From assembly GCA_004431415.1 (NCBI GenBank), contig QPMI01000214.1, forward strand, positions 1-64,000: a DNA stretch of 64,000 nt, written 5' to 3'. A program made the translations under genes and the position numbers. The notes under the pieces are model-generated. The model was not told the DNA's origin. It saw nothing but the letters and a program-made list of their open reading frames with translations, and ran no database searches. The first letter of the stretch is position 1. Every line of letters starts with the position of its first letter. Positions 1-12,647 of this stretch are shown here, piece by piece. Source of the DNA: Cyanophora paradoxa CCMP329 (taxonomy: Eukaryota; Plantae; Glaucophyta).

Positions 1-91
1 AACCCCCCTAACCCTAACCCTAACCCTAACCCTAACCCTAACCCTAACCAACCCTAACCTAACCCTAACCCTAACCCTAACCCTAACCCAA

Positions 92-127
<36 letters not shown>

Positions 128-131
128 CCCT

Positions 132-169
<38 letters not shown>

Positions 170-207
170 CCCTAACCCTAACCCTAACCCTAACCCTAAC
201 CCTAACC

Positions 208-248
<41 letters not shown>

Positions 249-3200
249 CCCTAACCCTAACCCTAACCCTAACCCTAACCCTAACCTAACCCTAACCCTA
301 ACCCTAACCCTAACCCTAACCCTAACCCTAACCCTAACCCTAACCCTAACCCTAACCCTAACCCTAACCCTAACCCTAACCCTAACCCTAACCCTAACCC
401 TAACCCTAACCCTAACCCTAACCCTAACCCTAACCCTAACCCTAACCCTAACCCTAACCCTAACCCTAACCCTAACCCTAACCCTAACCCTAACCCTAAC
501 CCTAACCCTAACCCTAACCCTAACCCTAACCCTAACCCTAACCCTAACCCTAAACCTAACCCTAACCCTAACCCTAACCCTAACCCTAACCCTAACCCTA
601 ACCCTAACCCTAACCCTAACCCTAACCCTAACCTAACCCTAACCCTAACCCTAACCCTAACCCTAACCCTAACCCTAACCCTAACCCTAACCCTAACCCT
701 AACCCTAACCCTAACCCTAACCCTAACCCTAACCCTAACCCTAACCCTAACCCTAACCCTAACCCTAACCCTAACCCTAACCCTAACCCTAACCCTAACC
801 CTAACCCTAACCCTAACCCTAACCCTAACCCTAACCCTAACCCTAACCCTAACCCTAACCCTAACCCTAACCCTAACCCTAACCCTAACCCTAACCCTAA
901 CCCTAACCCTAACCCTAACCCTAACCCTAACCCTAACCCTAACCCTAACCCTAACCCTAACCCTAACCCTAACCCTAACCCTAACCCTAACCCTAACCCT
1001 AACCCTAACCCTAACCCTAACCCTAACCCTAACCCTAACCCTAACCCTAACCCTAACCCTAACCCTAACCCTAACCCTAACCCTAACCCTAACCCTAACC
1101 CTAACCCTAACCCTAACCCTAACCCTAACCCTAACCCTAACCCTAACCCTAACCCTAACCCTAACCCTAACCCTAACCCTAACCCTAACCCTAACCCTAA
1201 CCCTAACCCTAACCCTAACCCTAACCCTAACCCTAACCCTAACCCTAACCCTAACCCTAACCCTAACCCTAACCCTAACCCTAACCCTAACCCTAACCCT
1301 AACCCTAACCCTAACCCTAACCCTAACCCTAACCCTAACCCTAACCCTAACCCTAACCCTAACCCTAACCCTAACCCTAACCCTAACCCTAACCCTAACC
1401 CTAACCTTAACCCTAACCCTAACCCTAACCCTAACCCTAACCCTAACCCTAACCCTAACCCTAACCCTAACCCTAACCCTAACCCTAACCCTAACCCTAA
1501 CCCTAACCCTAACCCTAACCCTAACCCTAACCCTAACCCTAACCCTAACCCTAACCCTAACCCTAACCCTAACCCTAACCCTAACCCTAACCCTAACCCT
1601 AACCCTAACCCTAACCCTAACCCTAACCCTAACCCTAACCCTAACCCTAACCCTAACCCTAACCCTAACCCTAACCCTAACCCTAACCCTAACCCTAACC
1701 CTAACCCTAACCCTAACCCTAACCCTAACCTAACCCTAACCCTAACCCTAACCCTAACCCTAACCCTAACCCTAACCCTAACCCTAACCCTAACCCTAAC
1801 CCTAACCCTAACCCTAACCCTAACCCTAACCCTAACCCTAACCCTAACCCTAACCCTAACCCTAACCCTAACCCTAACCCTAACCCTAACCCTAACCCTA
1901 ACCCTAACCCTAACCCTAACCCTAACCCTAACCCTAACCCTAACCCTAACCCTAACCCTAACCCTAACCCTAACCCTAACCCTAACCCTAACCCTAACCC
2001 TAACCCTAACCCTAACCCTAACCCTAACCCTAACCCTAACCCTAACCCTAACCCTAACCCTAACCCTAACCCTAACCCTAACCCTAACCCTAACCCTAAC
2101 CCTAACCCTAACCCTAACCCTAACCCTAACCCTAACCCTAACCCTAACCCTAACCCTAACCCTAACCCTAACCCTAACCCTAACCCTAACCCTAACCCTA
2201 ACCCTAACCCTAACCCTAACCCTAACCCTAACCCTAACCCTAACCCTAACCCTAACCCTAACCCTAACCCTAACCCTAACCCTAACCCTAACCCTAACCC
2301 TAACCCTAACCCTAACCCTAACCCTAACCCTAACCCTAACCCTAACCCTAACCCTAACCCTAACCCTAACCCTAACCCTAACCCTAACCCTAACCCTAAC
2401 CCTAACCCTAACCCTAACCCTAACCCTAACCCTAACCCTAACCCTAACCCTAACCCTAACCCTAACCCTAACCCTAACCCTAACCCTAACCCTAACCCTA
2501 ACCCTAACCCTAACCCTAACCCTAACCCTAACCCTAACCCTAACCCTAACCCTAACCCTAACCCTAACCCTAACCCTAACCCTAACCCTAACCCTAACCC
2601 TAACCCTAACCCTAACCCTAACCCTAACCCTAACCCTAACCCTAACCCTAACCCTAACCCTAACCCTAACCCTAACCCTAACCCTAACCCTAACCCTAAC
2701 CCTAACCCTAACCCTAACCCTAACCCTAACCCTAACCCTAACCCTAACCCTAACCCTAACCCTAACCCTAACCCTAACCCTAACCCTAACCCTAACCCTA
2801 ACCCTAACCCTAACCCTAACCCTAACCCTAACCCTAACCCTAACCCTAACCCTAACCCTAACCCTAACCCTAACCCTAACCCTAACCCTAACCCTAACCC
2901 TAACCCTAACCCTAACCCTAACCCTAACCCTAACCCTAACCCTAACCCTAACCCTAACCCTAACCCTAACCCTAACCCTAACCCTAACCCTAACCCTAAC
3001 CCTAACCCTAACCCTAACCCTAACCCTAACCCTAACCCTAACCCTAACCCTAACCCTAACCCTAACCCTAACCCTAACCCTAACCCTAACCCTAACCCTA
3101 ACCCTAACCCTAACCCTAACCCTAACCCTAACCCTAACCCTAACCCTAACCCTAACCCTAACCCTAACCCTAACCCTAACCCTAACCCTAACCCTAACCC

Positions 3201-3960
3201 TAACCCTAACCCTAACCCTAACCCTAACCCTAACCCTAACCCTAACCCTAACCCTAACCCTAACCCTAACCCTAACCCTAACCCTAACCCTAACCCTAAC
3301 CCTAACCCTAACCCTAACCCTAACCCTAACCCTAACCCTAACCCTAACCCTAACCCTAACCCTAACCCTAACCCTAACCCTAACCCTAACCCTAACCCTA
3401 ACCCTAACCCTAACCCTAACCCTAACCCTAACCCTAACCCTAACCCTAACCCTAACCCTAACCCTAACCCTAACCCTAACCCTAACCCTAACCCTAACCC
3501 TAACCCTAACCCTAACCCTAACCCTAACCCTAACCCTAACCCTAACCCTAACCCTAACCCTAACCCTAACCCTAACCCTAACCCTAACCCTAACCCTAAC
3601 CCTAACCCTAACCCTAACCCTAACCCTAACCCTAACCCTAACCCTAACCCTAACCCTAACCCTAACCCTAACCCTAACCCTAACCCTAACCCTAACCCTA
3701 ACCCTAACCCTAACCCTAACCCTAACCCTAACCCTAACCCTAACCCTAACCCTAACCCTAACCCTAACCCCAACCCTAAACCCTAACCCATAACCTAACC
3801 CTAACCCTAAACCCTTAACCCTAACCCTAACCCAACCCTAACCCTAACCCTAACCCTAACCCTAACCCTAACTACCCTAACTACCCTAACCCTAACCTAA
3901 CCTAACCCTAACCCTAACCCTAACCTAACCCTAACCCTAACCCTAACCCTAACCCTAACC

Positions 3961-4051
<91 letters not shown>

Positions 4052-4877
4052 CCCTAACCCTAACCTAACCCTAACCCTAACCCCTAACCCTAACCCTAAC
4101 CCCTAACCCTAACCTAACCCTAACCCTAACCCTAACCCTAACCCTAACCCTAACCCTAACCCTAACCCTAACCCTAACCCTAACCTAACCTAACCCTAAC
4201 CCTAACCCTAACCCTAACCCTAACCCTAACCCTAACCCTAACCCTAACCCTAACCCTAACCCTAACCCTAAAACCCTACCTAACCCTAACCCTAACCCTA
4301 ACCCTAACCCTAACCTAACCCTAACCCTAACCCTAACCCTAACCCTAACCCTAACCCTAACCCTAACCCTAACCCTAACCCTAACCTACCCTAACCCTAA
4401 CCCTAACCCTAACCCTAACCCTAACCCTAACCCTAACCCTAACCTAACCCTAACCCTAACCCTAACCCCAACCCTAACCCTAACCCTAACCCTAACCCTA
4501 ACCCTAACCCTAACCCTAACCCTAACCCTAACCCTAACCCTAACCCTAACCCTAACCCTAACCCTAACCCTAACCCTAACCCTAACCCTAACCCTAACCC
4601 TAACCCTAACCCTAACCTAACCCTAACCCTAACCCTAACCCTAACCCTAACCCTAACCCTAACCCTAACCCTAACCCTAACCCTAACCCTAACCCTAACC
4701 CTAACCTAACCCTAACCCTAACCCTAACCCTAACCCTAACCCTAACCCTAACCCTAACCCTAACCCTAACCCTAACCCTAACCCTAACCCTAACCCTAAC
4801 CCTAACCTAACCCTAACCTAACCCTAACCCTAACCCTAACCCTAACCCTAACCCTAACCCTAACCCTAACCCTAACC

Positions 4878-4918
<41 letters not shown>

Positions 4919-5039
4919 CCCTAACCTAACCCTAACCCTAACCCTAACCCTAACCCTAACCCTAACCCTAACCCTAACCCTAACCCTAACCCTAACCCTA
5001 ACCCTAACCCTAACCCTAACCCTAACCCTAACCCTAACC

Positions 5040-5080
<41 letters not shown>

Positions 5081-5267
5081 CACCCTAACCCTAACCCTAA
5101 CCCTAACCCTAACCCTAACCCTAACCTAACCTAACCCTAACCCTAACCTACCCTAACCCTAACCCTAACCCTAACCCTAACACCCTAACCCTAACCCTAA
5201 CCCTAACCCTAACCCTAACCCTAACCCTAACCTAAACCCTAACCCTAACCCTACCCTAACCCTAACC

Positions 5268-5308
<41 letters not shown>

Positions 5309-5309
5309 C

Positions 5310-5350
<41 letters not shown>

Positions 5351-5423
5351 CCCTAACCCTAACCCTAACCCTAACCCTAACCCTAACCCTAACCCTAACC
5401 CTAACCTAACCCTAACCCTAACC

Positions 5424-5460
<37 letters not shown>

Positions 5461-5979
5461 TAACCCTAACCCTAACCCTAACCCTAACCCTAACCCTAAC
5501 CCTAACCCTACCCTAACCCTAACCCTAACCCTAACCCTAACCCTAACCCTAACCTCTAACCCACTAACCCTAACCCTAACCCTTAACCCTAACCCTAACC
5601 CTAACCCTAACCCTAACCCTAACCCTAACTACCCCCACCCCTAACCCTAACCCTAACCCTAACCCTAACCCTAACCCTAACCCTAACCCTAACCCTAACC
5701 CTAACCTAACCCTAACCCTAACCCTAACCCTAACCCTAACCTAACCCTAACCCTAACCCTAACCCTAACCCTAACCCTAACCCTAACCCTAACCCTACCC
5801 TAACCCTAACCCTAACCACCTAACCCTAACCCTAACCTAACCTAACCCTAACCCTAACCCTAACCCTAACCCTAACCCTAACCCTAACCCTAACCCTAAC
5901 CCTAACCCTAACCCTAACCCTAACCCTAACCCCTAACCCTAACCCTAACCCTAACCCTAACCCTAACCCTAACCCTAAC

Positions 5980-6016
<37 letters not shown>

Positions 6017-6604
6017 CCCTAACCCTAACCCTAACCCTAACCCTACCCTAACCCTACCTAACCCTAACCCTAACCCTAACCCTAACCCTAACCCTAACCC
6101 TAACCCTAACCCTAACCCTAACCCTAACCCTAACCCTAAAACCCTAACCCTAACCCTAACCCTAACCCTAACCCTAACCCTAACCCTAACCCTAACCCTA
6201 ACCCTAACCCTAACCCTAACCCTAACCCTAACCCTAACCCTAACCCTAACCCCAACCCTAACCCTAACCCTAAAACCCTAACCCTAACCCTAACCCTAAC
6301 CCTAACCCTAACCCTCTAACCCTAACCCTAACCCTAACCCTAACCCTAACCCTAACCCTAACCCTAACCCTAACCCTAACCCTAACCCTAACCCTAACCC
6401 TAACCCTAACCCTAACCCTAACCCTAACCCTAACCCTAACCCTAACCCTAACCCTAACCCTAACCCTAACCCTAACCCTAACCCTAACCCTAACCCTAAC
6501 CCTAACCCTAACCCTAACCCTAACCCTAACCCTAACCCTAACCCCTAACCCTAACCCTAACCCTAACCCTAACCCTAACCCTAACCCTAACCCTAACCCT
6601 AACC

Positions 6605-6645
<41 letters not shown>

Positions 6646-6647
6646 CC

Positions 6648-6688
<41 letters not shown>

Positions 6689-7163
6689 CCCTAACCCTAA
6701 CCCTAACCCTAACCCTACCTAACCCTAACCCTAACCCTAACCCTAACCCTAACCCTAACCCTAACCCTAACCCTAACCCTAACCCTAACCCTAACCCTAA
6801 CCCTAACCCTAACCCTAACCCTAACCCTAACCCTAACCCTAACCCTACCAACCCTAACCCTAACCCTAACCCTAACCCTAACCCTAACCCTAACCCTAAC
6901 CCTAACCTAACCTAACCCTAACCCTAACCCTAACCCTAACCTAACCCTAACCTAACCCTAACCCTAACCCTAACCCTAACCCTAACCCTAACCCTACCCT
7001 AACCCTAACCCTAACCCTAACCCTAACCCTAACCCTAACCCTAACCTACCCTAACCCTAACCCTAACCCTAACCCTAACCCTAACCCTAACCCTAACCCT
7101 AACCCTAACCCTAACCCTAACCCTAACCCTAACCCTAACCCTAACCCTAACCCTAACCCTAAC
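1..7163. repeat. Telomeric repeat tract (CCCTAA)n, i.e. TTAGGG-type left chromosome end
   Basis: About 7.1 kb of tandem CCCTAA from base 1. Nearly perfect from ~630 to 3770, with more indel variants from 3771 to 7163. Confidence 0.99.
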
Positions 7164-7283
7164 GCAGACCATCACTCTCACGGTCTCCCTCACCCTCACA
7201 GGTGATTAGTAAACACCGGTTTGAGATCACAAGAGTTGTTTTTACAGCAGATCATATTTAACAAAGGTTACCATGCCGACCTC

Positions 7284-10112
7284 CTAGAAAATGCGGGCTC
7301 CAGTGGCGATCGCAACCAGAAGGTACCTGATGGGGGGTACAGCGACAAGAACTGCGACCACAATTTTAATATTTAGTTTCTCATTTTCAACCACAGCTAG
7401 CGCGCTGCACGTGAAATGACGCACTAACAGTTGCCATCCCCATCAGAGTGAGTGCAACTGCTGACATAGGTGCCGACTCGGGTTCTCGAGCCACAAGCTC
7501 CCCAGTTCTAAGCTCAGATTCAGCAGCATGACAACTTGTAACGAGAGAGTGGAAATGCTGTTACCCGACTCCATGTGATGCGGCACCCACAGCCACCCCC
7601 CTTGCGATGCTATCCCTGAAGAAAGGATTCAGATGCTTTGAATAAGAAAAAGTTCTGCAGATTGTGTGTCGCACTCGATGCCGAAGGTTGTAAGGATCCG
7701 CCTTGCAAAATTTGCCCCTTCAATGATGTCAGTGGATATTAAATTACCTCCTAGGTCCTTGACCCCTTCCAGGCCCGTGCACTGGCACAACATGGTACGG
7801 CAACGCACCTAGAACTCCACTCAAAATCACAAGTGCGGCTGTAAGACTCTCACTCGAGCCCAGAATTCCGGCCACTGAGCACCAATGAGTTGCGGATATT
7901 GCAGGCCAGCAAAAAAAAAGTGACCACCTTGGATTGCGATTGGTGTTGTTACAGAGCGTGGGAGTGCAACAAGAGCCGTTTCAGGAGGCATGGCCAGCAA
8001 CCGAACCAGGCACGAAGTGAACAGCAAAGACAGCGCAGCCGAGGAGAAGATGCCTCCGACGATCTCGATCTGTAGAACACTGCGTTGACTGCGTGCCAAC
8101 CACAAAGACTGCAGCTGTTGGAAAAACAAAGCCAACCCTGTGCTTGGAAAGAAGCTGCCGTTGCTTGTAGAGGCGGAATCCAAGACTGATGATAGATGGG
8201 CCAAGCATGCGCATGAGCAGATCACCAGCACCGAACGAGATGAGGCCAGGTACAGAATTTGCGAGATAGCAGCCAAGGGCGTTCTGCCAGCCAGCCTGAG
8301 ACGAAGGGTTAGCCAAAGCATCTCCCTGGCTGTGCTTGGATGTACCCCAGTTATTATGCCAAGAAGAGAGATTGCAGACGACGTAATAAGCGAGCCTACA
8401 TTGTTGACGGTTAATCGCTTCTTACTGGAATTTCCAGTTCGAGCAAGCGTCTTTCAAAAAAACACAACTTACAGAATATGAGTGGATGGAGAAACTGCAC
8501 ATCCGAGTCACCTCTGAGTTTGTAGGACTCGCAAATTAAAATAACCAAAACGGACCGAAGTCATGCCCCGAGTGCCAAAGAGGTAGGAGGAAACGGTTAT
8601 GCCGAGTGAGAAGGGGCCCGCCAGAAAAGCTGGATGATTTCCAAACCCGGTGACAAGTGAGGTGAGAAAGCGCGGATCGCTTTGGGGGCCTGATCGAGAC
8701 GCGATCAGGCGGATCAGTAAACGTGGAAACACAATCGATGACCTTGAAGGGCCGCAGCTGCTGTGCGAGGTCCAAACACCTCTGACGCCGCAGCCATTGC
8801 GCCAGCTGCGTCCACACCCAGACCATACTTCAGGGGCAAGATGCAACCTAGAGCTGTTATGCAAGTCCATGTCGCGATAAGACGTGGCTCTGGAAGGGAA
8901 GGCTTGGATTTTTTCTGCTTGTTGGCCTGATCCGGGCTCGGCACATCTAGGCTGGTGTTGGAGGCCTTCCTCAAATACTTCACAATCTTTGCAGTAGAAA
9001 TGAGGGTGAAGGCAAAACCCACAGCTGTGCGTGAAACAAAGCTCGTTAAACATGGCAAGCAGGTCAGCTAACACATGCTGGACAAGAATGGCTCACCGCA
9101 TACGAGAGCTAGCTTAGCCGCTTCGATCAAGGAGGGCTTCGGCACGACGGGGAGGACGACAAGCGGCGGGACGAAGAACATGGGCATGTATCTGCAATAG
9201 ATCAGCAGAGATTGTCGGTCCTGTCTCAATTGGCGCACCGGGTAAGAAAGACGAGCGTGGGCTTGAAAAAATCCTCTACGGAATATGCCGCTTTTTGGTT
9301 ATCTGATAAAAACAATAAGCGCCAAGTTTTCCGAAGCTGGTGCATTGCGCACACGTGCGCAGCAGACACATCGAGACGAAGACTGCCGACATTCCAACGA
9401 GAGACGGAGGAAAGCGTACGTGTCCCCGCGCCATGATAGCCGTGAGCACGGCGTCCAGACCGCCAAGAACTCCCATCCCAGCTACCACCTTCGCGGCATT
9501 CGAAGCAAAAGATTTGATCTGCAGGCCCGGTTTGTGTGCGAAAGCTGAGTGTAGTTATATATCACTCACGTTCTGGGAAACAGTGGTAGGCGGAGCGGGG
9601 CTGGCTCCCGGAGGCGGCGACGGCGAGTCGGCTGGGACAGAAAGCGGCGACGGCGAGTCGGCCGCGAGAGCAGACTAGACTAGCGGAGGGAGCTCGCGGA
9701 CCGCTTCCATTGAAACTTGAAAACGAGCGGCAGACGGCCGCACCGAGTTGCCCAAGGCCGCCCCTTTGATCTTCGCTGTGGCCGAAGCGACCTGCGCGCG
9801 GGGGCGCTCAGCGGATGCGGCGCGCGTTGTGCCGTCCTGGCACCACGGCTGAAGTGCGCACTCCTCAGTGACCCAGATCGCAGCTTTGGCGCATTGGCGA
9901 CGGCGCTTCTCCAGGAGAGCGGCCTGGTGCGGGGGCCACCGGCTGCTGAAGGCGCGCGCGGTCAGCATGCGCGCGACGGCGCGTACTTTGAACGTACTTC
10001 TTTGCATACCGTGCATCACGTTGAAAGGCCGGGCCGCGACCAGGCAGGCGCGCGTTGGCGGTGCTCGGCCCCCCGCCGGCGCGCCGGCGGCGGCGGACAC
10101 GAAAAGCGACAT
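7284..10112 (-). CDS. PLGG1: Plastid glycolate/glycerate translocator (LrgA-LrgB fusion), multi-exon
   Basis: Exons encode VRFPPSLVGMSAVF, YMPMFFVPPLVVLP, GAGDLLMRMLGPSIISLGFRLYKQRQLL, LPRSVTTPIAI and IARGVAVGAASHGVG, matching PLGG1/LrgB motifs. Starts with transit-peptide-like MSLFVSAA. Stop after ...AIATGARIF at 7284. Confidence 0.85.
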
Positions 10113-10310
10113 GCGTGTTGTCGCTGCGCTGTGCCGCTACCTAGCGCTCGCTCGACCTCGCGCTTGGACCTCGTTATTCGGTTGTTTTTTTTTAGCGAAC
10201 GGTACCCCTTTGTGCCTTGAGCCGCGAAGTTGAGCGGCAAGTTGAGCCGCTTGATCACCTCCTGACGCTGCGCTGCCCGCTCGCTCGAGACCGCTCGGAC
10301 CCGCATTTAT

Positions 10311-11578
10311 ATGGATTCGGGCGGCAGCGGCGCAGCGGGTGCAATGAGCCCGGACGAAGACCGGCCCATCAACCCGCTCGGGGGGCCGGGCCCGGAGAAG
10401 CCCGCAGCGTCGTCTCCGCCGCCAGGAGCAGCGCTGCCTGCGACGCTCGCTGCCGCGGCCGCTCCGGATGCCGTTCGCCCGGACTACGTACAGAATGCGG
10501 TTAAATTTCTTCTTCATCCCCAAGTCCGCGCGTCTCCGCAGGTCCGTCGCAGTATCGCCGTGCTCGCGGGGTCCAGATCTATCATCGAGTCGACGCCGGG
10601 ACAAACTTCTCGCTTGCGCAGGCGCAGAGAGTGGCTTTCCTGCAGAAGAAAGGCCTGCGCGCATCAGAGATCGCCGAAGCGCTAAAGATTGCAGCAAGCT
10701 CACCAGCCCAGGCCACGGTACCGCTCGCGGGCCCAAGCGTGATGCCGCGTGCACGGCCGCCTGCCCCGAACGAGCAGCAATCTTACTCGGTGACGGCACT
10801 CGACCAGCAGCGCTCCGTCTGGCCGAGAGCGGTGCTCGCGGGCTGTGCAATCGCTGGACTCGCTGGTGTAGCTGCATACGTCGTGAATGTTCGCTCGAAC
10901 GCCCCGAAGCGTCACCCTTGCGCCCGCATGCTCACAGCGGGCGCAGAGATTTGTAGTTCCGCGGCTGCGCGCGAAGTCGCGTGCTGCGGAGCAAGAGTCG
11001 TCGGTTGGTTCTCCGTCCGGCCGTTCCGCTGTCGCCCTCGATTCTTACACCTCCGCTTCAGGAGCGCGAGAAAGTGGAAGCCGCTGCTATGCTTCAGCTG
11101 GAGTTGCAGGGCATTAGGGATAACCTGAAGACCCTCTCGGACAAGGTTGCGAACATGCAGGAGACGCAAGCAGCGGAATTGCGATCCGTCGTCAGTGCCT
11201 TTCAACTACAGCTTGAGAGGCAGACCAGTCGAGACGTGCGTTCATACAAACCATGGGAGCGTACACGTACCCTCTCACACATTGCAGTTGACACGCCCAG
11301 CAAGCGCTAGAAGCCCAGGCCACCATCCGCCTGGCCTTGACCCCACACAAAGGAGTGTGATCGAGGCCGTCTTTGGAGCATCCAGTACTGCAAACGGTGT
11401 TGCTCATGGAAACTCCAATGCAAGCGCTGGAATGGCAGACGTCTTGAGGGAGCTGCAGCACGGGCACGTTCCTTCTGACGTGAAGGACATCAATGACTCT
11501 CCAGCTGTTGATTCACCCATCCCCCCCGTGACTGCAAATATCCGTCTTAAACCATGGGAGCGTACATCGAATGCTTAG
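10311..11578 (+). CDS. PEX14: Peroxisomal docking protein Pex14, multi-exon
   Basis: Spliced Pex14_N motif VRPDYVQNAVKFLLHPQVRASPQ|AQRVAFLQKKGLRASEIAEAL, a hydrophobic segment, a coiled coil, and C-terminal PSDVKDIND...KPWE. Confidence 0.9.
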
Positions 11579-11619
11579 TTGAATTTTACTGTGCTGCGAA
11601 TTTATCGAGCCCCACAGTA

Positions 11620-12426
11620 ATCACTGCCGGAGGGATAAGCCAACTGTAAAGAGGGAGTGAAATGAGATACATCTCGCACCTCGGCCACCCAACTCGCTCC
11701 CATTGAACATCTGGATCGCATTCTCCGCTCCAGAAGCATCGAGCATCAGCACTATGCCGTTCCCGCGACTGCGGCCTGTGGCATAGTTGACAGACTGCGC
11801 CGGAGCTGGGGTTCCAGCATGCGCATTTAACTACCGTCGTTGGTAAGGAGCACGTCCGCTCTCTCTACCTCCCCAGCTTGCCGGAACACGTCCTTCAGCT
11901 CCTGCCACGTAACGCTCCAAGGAAGATTCTGCACGAACAACTGCATGCGAGCGTGAGCACGCAAAGCAGCTAGTTCCTCGGCGCGCTAACCTGGCGTCCC
12001 GCGCCACCGTGCGCTGCGGGCGGGCCGCGGGCGACGACGCGAGGTGCAGGCGCGCGCCCGACGGTGACTTTGCCAGCCTCGCGGTCTTCGCGGACGAAGA
12101 TGAGCCGTCCGTCGAGCTCCGTGTTCGACAGGGTCGCGATGGCGTTCGCAGCCTTCGCGCCCGGTCCGACTTGAGCGCAAACCAGAGGGTCATATCGGGT
12201 CACACACCTCGTCCGCTGTCTCGTACTCTACAACACCGCAGCCCTTCGACCTCCCCGTTCCGCTCTCCGTCAGCACGTCCGCGTACAGCACCGTTCCGGC
12301 CTGCCGCATGTAGTCTGCGACGCATGTTTAGCAGCGCTCAGGTCTCGCCTCGACAGCGCGTGCGCCTTTGAGGTTCTGCCAGTTCGTCGACCACGAGAGA
12401 TTGCCGACGTAGACGCGGTTCGACAT
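11620..12426 (-). CDS. Two-RRM RNA/ssDNA-binding protein, GBP2/HRB1/Gbp1-like; 3' end approximate
   Basis: [27 protein letters not shown]...[11 protein letters not shown]...[13 protein letters not shown], then a second [33 protein letters not shown]. Confidence 0.8.
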
Positions 12427-12647
12427 CGTCTGAGGGGCGCGCGTCACGCGTACGTTCGCGCGCCCGTGGTGAAGCGCGCGCTCCCTTTCCCGCCATTTCC
12501 GAACGTATCGCTTATTGAATGGCGCGCGTCCTAACGTATCGCTATTCGTAGTTACCGTGCCGCCGGCGCAACTGGTAGCTCTAGCTCCGCGCCTATCAGA
12601 GTACCCCCAGCGGCGACGAGTCGCCGACGAGTCAGCGTCGCCCAGCG

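Noticed and set aside
1725-6851. Long GL/RV-repeat ORFs in the ORF track
   Set aside because: They are translations of the telomeric repeat, not genes.
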